From Isosphaera sp. (GTDB taxonomy: Bacteria; Planctomycetota; Planctomycetia; Gemmatales; Gemmataceae), in assembly GCA_013822345.1 (NCBI GenBank), contig PNKH01000032.1, positions 643 to 64,642 on the forward strand: DNA of 64,000 nt, in the 5' to 3' direction. Shown here piece by piece: positions 20,287-27,975 of the stretch. The notes beneath the pieces were generated by a model. The model saw only the letters and a list, made by a program, of their open reading frames with translations. It was not told the origin of the DNA and searched no databases. Both the position numbers and the translations under genes were made by a program. How positions within the stretch are numbered: the first letter of the stretch is position 1; each line of letters begins with the position of its first letter.

Positions 20287-20622
20287 ATGATGCGATTCGT
20301 GTACGCCCTGGCGGCCGCTGCGGCGCTGGGCACCGCCTGGACCGCGACCGCCGACGACAAGAAGGAAACCAAGCTGACCGGCACACTCGTGTGCGGGAAG
20401 TGCAGCCTCAAGGCGACGCCGAAGTGCAGCAACGTCCTCCAGGTGAAGGAGGGCGACAAGCTCGTCAACTACTTCCTCGACGACAAGGGGAACGGCGAGC
20501 CGTACCACGAGGGCGTCTGCGGCGGTGACAAGGTCGAGAATGTGGCCGTCACCGGCACCGTCACCGAGAAGGACGGCAAGAAGACGGTCAAGCCGACCAA
20601 GGTCGAGTTGCCCAAGAAGTGA
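20287..20622 (+). CDS. Small exported Cys-motif protein (DUF6370-like)
   Basis: Signal peptide; LVCGKCSLK..KC.NVLQV...H..VCG...VTGTVTEKDGKK. Confidence 0.7.
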   Translation: MMRFVYALAAAAALGTAWTATADDKKETKLTGTLVCGKCSLKATPKCSNVLQVKEGDKLVNYFLDDKGNGEPYHEGVCGGDKVENVAVTGTVTEKDGKKTVKPTKVELPKK

Positions 20623-20754
20623 CGTGGAGTCGGGGCCCGGTGTCGAACCCTTCGGGCGGCACCCGGCCCCGGCGGTCACCAGTGGCCCAACGAGGGTCCG
20701 GCGGGAAGCCCCGACCGCGGCCGGGGCCGGCACCCTCAGCGACACGAGGAACTG

Positions 20755-22140
20755 ATGCAGCCCCAAATCACGATCTCGTCGGCCCAGTTTACGGGCTCAC
20801 AAACACTTGAGACGGGCTGGCAATACCATCGGGCAGGGCAGCACGCCCAGGCCGAACAGGTCTGCCGCCAGTTGCTGCAGGCCAACCCCGAGGACGCGCA
20901 GGCCTTGCGACTCCTCGGCCTGACCTGCCAGGCACAGAACAAGCTCGCGGACGCCGAGGCTCATTACCGCCGGGCGTTGTCCCTCCAGCCCGACGACGCC
21001 GAGATTCACAACGACCTGGGGGTGGCCCTGGGCAGGCGAGGCGACCTCGTCCAGGCCGTGCCCTCGTTCGAGCAAGCGGTCCGGCTCATGCCGAACCACG
21101 TGATCGCCCACAACAACCTGGCACAAGTCTTCCTCCAGCTCGGCCAGCCGAACAGAGCAGCCTTCCACTCATCTGAGGTCGTGCGTCTCCAGCCCGGCAG
21201 TGCCGACGCCCACAACCAGATGGGGGTGATCCTCGCCCAGCAAGGTCAATTCGACCCGGCCATGAACTCGTTCGAGCAGGCCCTCCGGATCAAGCCGGAC
21301 CACCCGGTCGCCGGCATGAATCTGGACAAGGTCCGATTTCTACAGCAGACCCAATTGCAGAACGCGACGAACCAGTTACTGGGAGCCATCTATTACAACC
21401 AGTTCCTGTCGATGGATCGCTACGCGGACCCGAAGAGGCTGTTGAAGTACGGCTACAAGGTCTACTCGCAGGGGTACGGGGACGGAATGATCCAGGAGAT
21501 TTTCTCCAGGGTCGGCATAACGAACAAGAGGTTCATCGAGTTCGGGGTGGAGACGCAAGAAAACAACACGTTGTTTTTGCTGCTGTCCGGCTGGTCAGGA
21601 CTCTGGCTCGACGCCCGGGCGTTGGACCTCGGGCCTGTAGCAAACCACATCAAGAACGGGACGCTCAAGTTCGCGCAGGTTGTCGTCACCGCCGAGAACA
21701 TCAACGGTGCGATCCGCGAGCACTACGGGGTGGGGGAAATCGACCTGTTGAGCATCGACATCAGCGGTAACGATTATTGGGTGTGGAAGGCACTCGACGC
21801 CGTTCGCCCCCGCGTGGTGGTGGTCGAGTACAACTCGTCCTTCTCCCCCCTCGGCAGCATGACCGTCAAGTACATGGCCGACGACCAGGTCAAGCTGGCG
21901 GCGCGCCTCAACGACTTCGGCGCCAGTCTGAAGGCGTACGAGAAACTGGGGGTGGAGAAAGGCTACCGGCTGGTCGGGTGCGATCTGCGAGGGGTGGATG
22001 CGTTCTTCGTCCGCGAGGACCTGGTCGGCGATCGCTTCTGCGAACCATTCACCTCGGAAAACCATTACGAGCCGCCACGATTCTTTCCACCACGATTACC
22101 TCACAACATGTTCGCACAAGGGGAATTCAAAGAAATCTAA
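20755..22140 (+). CDS. TPR-repeat protein fused to FkbM-like methyltransferase-fold domain
   Basis: About 5-6 TPRs (e.g. AEIHNDLGVAL, ADAHNQMGVIL), then YSQ..DG.IQEIF, FIEFG, SIDISGNDYW, VVVEYN, GASL, DAFFVR; visibly more A/T-ending codons than its neighbours. Confidence 0.75.
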   Translation: MQPQITISSAQFTGSQTLETGWQYHRAGQHAQAEQVCRQLLQANPEDAQALRLLGLTCQAQNKLADAEAHYRRALSLQPDDAEIHNDLGVALGRRGDLVQAVPSFEQAVRLMPNHVIAHNNLAQVFLQLGQPNRAAFHSSEVVRLQPGSADAHNQMGVILAQQGQFDPAMNSFEQALRIKPDHPVAGMNLDKVRFLQQTQLQNATNQLLGAIYYNQFLSMDRYADPKRLLKYGYKVYSQGYGDGMIQEIFSRVGITNKRFIEFGVETQENNTLFLLLSGWSGLWLDARALDLGPVANHIKNGTLKFAQVVVTAENINGAIREHYGVGEIDLLSIDISGNDYWVWKALDAVRPRVVVVEYNSSFSPLGSMTVKYMADDQVKLAARLNDFGASLKAYEKLGVEKGYRLVGCDLRGVDAFFVREDLVGDRFCEPFTSENHYEPPRFFPPRLPHNMFAQGEFKEI

Positions 22141-22200
22141 AGTGTGAAGAAAGCACGGCGGCGGTAGCCGCAACGCGACAGGGGGCCGGCGCACAGGCCG

Positions 22201-22314
22201 CCGCCCGGGTTCCTGGCGACGCACTACGGCATCGGCACGCCGCTCGCGGTGCTGGTCGCCCACGTGGCGTTCGGCACCATCCTCGGAGCCTTCTGTGACA
22301 TCGACCTTCGCTGA
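22201..22314 (+). repeat. Orphan copy of the last 114 bp of the membrane-protein gene (26707-26820)
   Basis: Encodes PPGFLATHYGIGTPLAVLVAHVAFGTILGAFCDIDLR*; 22247-22314 is identical to 26753-26820 (68 bp). Confidence 0.92.
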
Positions 22315-22357
22315 TCGTCAGCATGCCTCGACATTCTTCACGTGCCGAGGGCTGCGG

Positions 22358-22428
22358 CCGGCAGCGTCACCGAGAAGGACGGCAAGAAGACGGTCAAGCC
22401 GACCAAAGTCGAGCTACCCAAGAAATGA
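22358..22428 (+). repeat. Orphan copy of the last 71 bp of the DUF6370-like gene (20552-20622)
   Basis: 66 of 71 nt match, including the stop codon; differences are mostly synonymous. Confidence 0.92.
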
Positions 22429-22676
22429 TCGAGCGGAGTTACCCGAACGGGGCCGGACCGAATGCCGCCGCGGCGCTATTCGCGGACGGGCACCCAGCCG
22501 CCCGTCCGGGGCAGCTACCGCGGGGCGATGACACTCCACCACGGCGGAAGGCGGTAGTGTTCCGCCGCGAAGTATGGCCAGCCGAGCGGCGGTGGCTCCC
22601 CCGGGCCCCTCGAACCTGAATCCGGGCCGTGGGCCACTCGACTCGGATGTTGTTTCCCCCTCTCCGGAGATTGACG

Positions 22677-23114
22677 ATGCGACACCTCGTTCCCCCAAGC
22701 CTGTGCCTCGTGGCCGTGGTCGTCGTCGCGGGGGCCCTCACGACGGGTTCCACCACACCAAGCCCGGCCGCCCAGCCGCAGAACGATCCCGTGAAGACGC
22801 TCCAGAAGGAGCGTCTGACGGCCCTCCAGAAGATTCACGACGAGTCGCTCCGGGCCTACAAGGGCGGTCAACTGCCTCTCGACCAGGTGCTGTCCGCCCA
22901 CCTCGCGCTGCTCAACGGCAAACTCGACCTGTGCGAGACGAACGCCGAGCGGGTTAAGATTCACGAGGAGATGGTCCGGGTGGCCGAGGAGTTCTTGAAG
23001 AGCGTCCGGAAGCTGGCGGAAGCCAAGCAGGTCAGCAGCCTCGACGTGCTCAAGGCCGAGGTCCAACTTCTGGACGCCCGGATCGGGCTGGAAAAGGCCA
23101 AGGCCGCCAAGTGA
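22677..23114 (+). CDS. Small secreted all-helical protein resembling one TolC/OEP helical repeat
   Basis: GGAGA RBS; signal peptide; VSSLDVLKAEVQLLDARIGLEK. Confidence 0.65.
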   Translation: MRHLVPPSLCLVAVVVVAGALTTGSTTPSPAAQPQNDPVKTLQKERLTALQKIHDESLRAYKGGQLPLDQVLSAHLALLNGKLDLCETNAERVKIHEEMVRVAEEFLKSVRKLAEAKQVSSLDVLKAEVQLLDARIGLEKAKAAK

Positions 23115-23338
23115 CGGGGTATTGCCAGGACGGGTGCCAACACCGGCACGCACAGGGCATCCACAGGATCGGCTGCATCGGCAGAGGGCTTGTCGTCACG
23201 ACGGACGAGTAGAACAGCAATCGCTTGATGTACAGCCGGGCCGTAAGGCTGTGGACACCGACCCGCATCGTTGCCCTTCGGCTCGCCAAATCTCATAACC
23301 GAGTGAAGTGATATCCCAACAGGCGACAGGCCAATGCG

Positions 23339-25192
23339 ATGACAGGAGCGACGCCGAAAATCCAGGACTATGCCGTCATCGGTGACGGGCGGGCGGGCGC
23401 GCTGGTGTCCCGGGACGGCTCCATCGACTGGCTGTGCTGGCCCCGGTTCGATAGCCCGTCGCTGTTCGGGGCGCTCTTGGACCGGCGGGTCGGAGGTGCC
23501 TGGAGCGTCACGCCCGCCCTGCCGGCCGAAGTCGAACGCCGCTACATCGACGAAACGAACGTGCTACAGACCCGGTTCCGCACGGCCACGGGGGCGATGA
23601 CCCTCACCGACTTCATGGTGGCATTCTCCGAGGAGGACAAGCGGCGGCGGCTCATGCCGGAGCACGAGTTGGTGAGGCGGGTGGAGTGCGAGCACGGGGA
23701 AGTGGAAATCCTCGCCCACTTCGACCCGCGCCCCGACTACGGCCGGGCCGAGTTCCGCATCCGCGACGCCGGGGCGCTCGGCCTCCGTATTGACATGGGG
23801 TCGTGGCTGGTCGCGCTCCACGGCGGCGTGAAGTTCGCCCCGGCCGCGGAAGGCGGGGCGTCGGCGCGCGTCACGCTGAGAGCCGGGGAGTCTACCACCT
23901 TCTCACTCACGTACTCGGCCGAGGGGCCGGCCGTGGTCCCGCACCTCGGCGAGGGCGCCGCGGAGAAGCTCGCGCTCACCGTCGGGTGGTGGCAGCGCTG
24001 GGCGGCCCGTGCCCGTTACGACGGCCCGTACCGCGACGCCGTCGTCCGCAGCGCGCTCGTACTCAAGCTGCTGTCCTATGCCCCGTCGGGGGCCATCGTC
24101 GCGGCACCGACCACGTCCCTGCCAGAGCGGCTCGGCGGCGACCTGAACTGGGACTACCGCTTCTGCTGGCTGCGCGACGCCGCGTTCACGGCCCGCGCCC
24201 TCTTCGGCCTCGGCTACGAGGAGGAAGCCGAAGCGTTTTGCAGTTGGATGCTGCACGCGACGCGGCTCACCCGCCCGGAGCTGCGGGTCCTCTACGACGT
24301 GTTCGGCGAAACCCTCCCGAAGGAGACGGACCTGCCACACCTCGAAGGGTACGCCGGGTCGCGCCCGGTCCGCGTCGGGAACGCGACGCGGGACCAGCTC
24401 CAGCTCGACGTGTACGGCGAGGTCGTCGAGGCGTGTACATACTTCGCCGGGCGCGGCGGCGCGCTCGACCGCGACACGCAGCAGATGCTCCGCCACTTCG
24501 GCGAGTACGTCTGCCGCCACTGGCAGGAGCCGGACAACGGCATCTGGGAGCCGCGCGGGGTGCGGCAGCACTTCACCCACTCGCGGCTCCTGTGCTGGGT
24601 GGCCCTGGACCGCCTCCTCGCACTGCACCGGGCGGGTCGCATCCGCGGCATCCCGGCAGACCGGTTCGCGGCAAATCGGGAGCGCATCCGGCGCGACATC
24701 GAGGAGCGGGGCTGGAACCCGACGCTGGAAAGTTACACCGCGGTCCTGGGCGGGGAGACCCTCGACACGACCGTCCTCCAGATGGCGTTCCTGGGGTTTG
24801 CCGAGGCGTCTTCGGAGCGGATGCGGCAGACCTGCCGGAGGCTCCGGGAGCGCCTGGGCGCGGGGCCGGGGCTGATCTACCGCTACGAGCAGAGTTTCGA
24901 GGGCCGCGAGGGCGCGTTCGCCATGTGCTGTTTCTGGGTCGCCGATTTCCTCGCCCGGGGCGGCGGCAGCCTGGGCGAGGCGCACGACTCCTTCGCCCGG
25001 ACGCTCGCGTACGCCAACGACCTGGGGCTGTTCGCCGAGGAGATCGACCCGCGGACCGGGGACGCGCTGGGCAACTTCCCGCAGGCGTTCACCCACGTCG
25101 GCCTCATCAACGCCGCCCTCTCGCTGGCGGAACGGGAGGAGCGGGACCGCCGCCAGGAAGGAGCCGCTGCCCGCGGCCGTCCCTTTCGGTAA
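23339..25192 (+). CDS. Glycoside hydrolase family 15 (trehalase/glucoamylase-like)
   Basis: IQDYAVIGD, SIDWLCWPRFDS, AAPTTSLPE..GG..NWDYRFCWLRDA, QLDVYGE, GNFPQAFTHVGLI. Confidence 0.9.
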   Translation: MTGATPKIQDYAVIGDGRAGALVSRDGSIDWLCWPRFDSPSLFGALLDRRVGGAWSVTPALPAEVERRYIDETNVLQTRFRTATGAMTLTDFMVAFSEEDKRRRLMPEHELVRRVECEHGEVEILAHFDPRPDYGRAEFRIRDAGALGLRIDMGSWLVALHGGVKFAPAAEGGASARVTLRAGESTTFSLTYSAEGPAVVPHLGEGAAEKLALTVGWWQRWAARARYDGPYRDAVVRSALVLKLLSYAPSGAIVAAPTTSLPERLGGDLNWDYRFCWLRDAAFTARALFGLGYEEEAEAFCSWMLHATRLTRPELRVLYDVFGETLPKETDLPHLEGYAGSRPVRVGNATRDQLQLDVYGEVVEACTYFAGRGGALDRDTQQMLRHFGEYVCRHWQEPDNGIWEPRGVRQHFTHSRLLCWVALDRLLALHRAGRIRGIPADRFAANRERIRRDIEERGWNPTLESYTAVLGGETLDTTVLQMAFLGFAEASSERMRQTCRRLRERLGAGPGLIYRYEQSFEGREGAFAMCCFWVADFLARGGGSLGEAHDSFARTLAYANDLGLFAEEIDPRTGDALGNFPQAFTHVGLINAALSLAEREERDRRQEGAAARGRPFR

Positions 25193-26308
25193 CATCACAA
25201 CAGACGTACAAGTTTGGCGGGCTCAGAACAAAGGGAGGACGCTGTGAAGTGGAGATTATTTCTGTTGCTCGGGACCGCTTTGCTCCCGACTGCCGCGATA
25301 GGGGCGGAGGAAGGGAAGCAGCCCGTGAAGTGTGTGGGACACGAGGCGATCGTCACCGCAGTCGCCCTCTCCCCCGATGGCAAGGTGGCCGTTTCCAACA
25401 GCGACGATCGCACGCTGCGCTTTTGGAACACGGCCGACGGCAAAGAGATCCGGAAGGTGGAAGCCGGTTTCTGGATCGGCGGCGTCCGCTTCTCGCCCGA
25501 TGGCAAGTACTTGGCCACCACGGCGACGGATTCGGTGCGCTTCTGGGATCCCGCGACTGGCAAAGAAGTCGGAAAAGACATCAAGGAACACTTGACCGTA
25601 AAGGAGCCCGGGTACGGTCTGGCGTTCTCGGCGGACGGCTCCAAACTGGTCGTTGCCTGCGGTACTGGGGCGGAGGTCTGGGACGCGAGGCTCGGCCGGA
25701 AGCTGCGGGATTTCCGGCCGAAGGACAAAGGCTTCGGCAATGCCCGGCAGGTGGCAATTTCGCCGGACGGCTCGCTCGTGGCCGCCGCCTTGCTCGGCGA
25801 GGGCGGCAGAGATACGGAGGAGGGGTTTCCCGCGGTGCGCGTTTGGGAGGCGAAAAGCGGGGAGGAAATGTTCAAAACGTGGGCTGGAACAAGCGCAGAC
25901 GCCGTCGCGTTCTCGCCCAGCGGGAAGCAACTGGCGATTGGCGGGATGCTTCCTGACGGGGCAGACCACAACGGGGTGCTCGAAATCTGGGATCTCGACC
26001 CGAACGGGAGCAGGCTCCTTTCGCGGGTACGGGCCGACAAGCACGGCCTGTTCTGCCTGGCCTTCAGCCCGGACGGCAAGACCATCGCCACGGGCGGGAC
26101 CGAGCCGGCGGTCAAGCTGTGGAACGCAACCACCGGCGAGTTGATCGGGAAGCTGGAAGGGCACTCCGACCAAGTTCACGCCCTCGCCTTCTCCGCAGAC
26201 GGGAGGAGCCTCGCTTCGGCGGGAAGGGATAAGCTCGTCTTGATCTGGCCGATGGGAGGTGGCCGGAGGTAAACCGCCTCACGCCAAGAAGCAGCCGCAG
26301 CCCGCGGC
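25151..26308 (+). repeat. 27-bp imperfect direct repeat (25151-25177 and 26282-26308) bracketing the WD40 gene
   Basis: cgccaggaaggagccgctgcccgcggc vs cgccaagaagcagccgcagcccgcggc (24/27). Confidence 0.8.
25244..26272 (+). CDS. Secreted WD40-repeat protein
   Basis: GGAGG RBS and GTG start; signal peptide; repeated GH...V..VA.SPDG...LRFWN/VKLWN units. Confidence 0.88.
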   Translation: MKWRLFLLLGTALLPTAAIGAEEGKQPVKCVGHEAIVTAVALSPDGKVAVSNSDDRTLRFWNTADGKEIRKVEAGFWIGGVRFSPDGKYLATTATDSVRFWDPATGKEVGKDIKEHLTVKEPGYGLAFSADGSKLVVACGTGAEVWDARLGRKLRDFRPKDKGFGNARQVAISPDGSLVAAALLGEGGRDTEEGFPAVRVWEAKSGEEMFKTWAGTSADAVAFSPSGKQLAIGGMLPDGADHNGVLEIWDLDPNGSRLLSRVRADKHGLFCLAFSPDGKTIATGGTEPAVKLWNATTGELIGKLEGHSDQVHALAFSADGRSLASAGRDKLVLIWPMGGGRR

Positions 26309-26337
26309 GACCGTGAACAGGCTCCGGAGGCGCGTCG

Positions 26338-26820
26338 ATGAACTTCGGTAGCTGGCTGCTGTGGGGCTTCGTGGGCACGGTCGTGCTGAGCGTCATCGTC
26401 GCCGCGAGCCAGGGGTTGGGCCTGACGCGGATGAACATGCCGTACCTGCTCGGCACCGTCTTCACGCCGGACCGGGACCGGGCGAAGCTGATCGGCGTCG
26501 CGTGCCACTTCGCCAGCGGCTGGCTTTTCGCCCTCGTCTACTTCGCCGCCTTCCACGCCCTGGGCACGGCGACGTGGTGGCTCGGGGCACTGGCGGGGCT
26601 GGTCCACGGCTCCTTCGTCCTGACGGTCGGCATGCCCCTGCTGCCCGCCCTGCACCCCCGCATGGCCAACGAGCAGTACGGGCCGACCGTGGTCCGGCAG
26701 TTGGAGCCGCCGGGGTTCCTGGGGTTGCATTACGGCATCGGTACGCCGGTTTCGGTGCTGGTCGCCCACGTGGCGTTCGGCACCATCCTCGGAGCCTTCT
26801 GTGACATCGACCTTCGCTGA
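26338..26820 (+). CDS. Conserved membrane protein
   Basis: Four hydrophobic segments; GLTRMNMPYLLGT, HPRMA, PPGFLG. Confidence 0.75.
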   Translation: MNFGSWLLWGFVGTVVLSVIVAASQGLGLTRMNMPYLLGTVFTPDRDRAKLIGVACHFASGWLFALVYFAAFHALGTATWWLGALAGLVHGSFVLTVGMPLLPALHPRMANEQYGPTVVRQLEPPGFLGLHYGIGTPVSVLVAHVAFGTILGAFCDIDLR

Positions 26821-26862
26821 CAGTCGGCACGCCCGACCTCATGCACGGCCCGAGGGCTGGGG

Positions 26863-26895
26863 CCGGCACCGGCCCGAGGAGGACGGCAGGAAGAC
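26863..26895 (+). repeat. Degenerate further copy of the DUF6370-like 3' segment
   Basis: ccggcaccggcccgaggaggacggcaggaagac vs ccggcaccgtcaccgagaaggacggcaagaagac; preceded by the same spacer as the 22358 copy. Confidence 0.7.
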
Positions 26896-26956
26896 CGCCG
26901 GAGGAGAGTGCGCCGGCATCGATTCGGCACCACGAATTCGTGAAGAGGGGATTGAG

Positions 26957-27427
26957 ATGGCCGGGTGTTGCGGGTCGAACGAGCGGTCGCGGGCGAGGAA
27001 GTTGCTCGGGCCGGTGGTCTGGCTGCTGATCGGGGTCTTCGTGGTCGGACTCGCAATCTGGGAGCGGCAGCCGCACCACCACGCTGACGTCGGGCCGCAC
27101 GGCGGCCCGCTGGCCGACTGGGACGACGGGGCGATCCACTTGGAGATCGACATCGGCCGGGACGAGGAGACGGCGACCATCTACGCCCTCGACCGGTGGG
27201 CCAAGAGGCCGAAGCCGATCGACGCCAAGCCGCTCACCCTCACCCTGAAGACCGACCCGGAGAGGGTGGTGATTTTCGACCCGGACCCAGACGCGGGCGA
27301 CCCGCCCGGCCGGTCCAGCCGGTTCACCGCGCGTCACCACGTCTTCTGGCCGCAGGCCAAGGTGCGCGGGACCGTATCCGGGACGGCCGAGGGCAAGCCG
27401 TACTCCGGCGACGTTAGCGAAAAGTAG
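26957..27427 (+). CDS. GxHGG-type membrane-anchored protein
   Basis: N-terminal GCCG and TM; HHHADVGPHGG...HLEI...DAGDPPGRSSRF. Confidence 0.7.
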   Translation: MAGCCGSNERSRARKLLGPVVWLLIGVFVVGLAIWERQPHHHADVGPHGGPLADWDDGAIHLEIDIGRDEETATIYALDRWAKRPKPIDAKPLTLTLKTDPERVVIFDPDPDAGDPPGRSSRFTARHHVFWPQAKVRGTVSGTAEGKPYSGDVSEK

Positions 27428-27530
27428 TCCGCCGCGCAACTCGCGGGCGGGGGGTCGTTCCACTGCCGGGCGGTGCGGGCGGCGGGTCGTTCGACTCCCC
27501 CGCCACCCGCCCCACCAGAGGAGTTCAGCC

Positions 27531-27872
27531 ATGCGAGCGTTCGTTACCGCGTGCCTGGCGGCGGTGGCCGTCGCTTTCTCCGCCGGCGTCGCGTCAGCCC
27601 AGCACGGTGGGGGCCACGGCGGCGGTCACGTCGTCGTTCCGGCCCACGCCGGGGGTCACGCCCCGGTCTACCACCCGCCGGCGCACTACGCCCACGGCGG
27701 GTACGCCGTCCCCTCCGGCGGGTTCGGCATCGGGGTGTACGCGGGGCCGACCTACGGGCCGCCGGTCGGCGCCTACCCCGGCCCTGCGGTGGTTCCCGCC
27801 CCGTACTACCCCGGGTACGGCTCCGGCTACAGCTACGGCCACCACCGACCTCACCGCCTGTTCCACCATTGA
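27531..27872 (+). CDS. Small secreted Gly/His/Tyr/Pro-rich protein
   Basis: GAGGAG RBS; signal peptide ending ASA; QHGGGHGGGH...HHRPHRLFHH. Confidence 0.65.
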   Translation: MRAFVTACLAAVAVAFSAGVASAQHGGGHGGGHVVVPAHAGGHAPVYHPPAHYAHGGYAVPSGGFGIGVYAGPTYGPPVGAYPGPAVVPAPYYPGYGSGYSYGHHRPHRLFHH

Positions 27873-27975
27873 TCCCGACTCGGGATCGCGCGGCTGCCAG
27901 GGCGGGTCCGGGGCCGATGGGGCTGCGGCCCGCCGGGCCGCCTGGTGGACGCGCTCTTCTGGAGACCGACGAACG

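Noticed and set aside
20623-26900. Classical integron explanation for the cassette-like region
   Set aside because: No tyrosine integron integrase and no attC-like RYYYAAC...GTTRRRY palindromes; the repeats are gene tails
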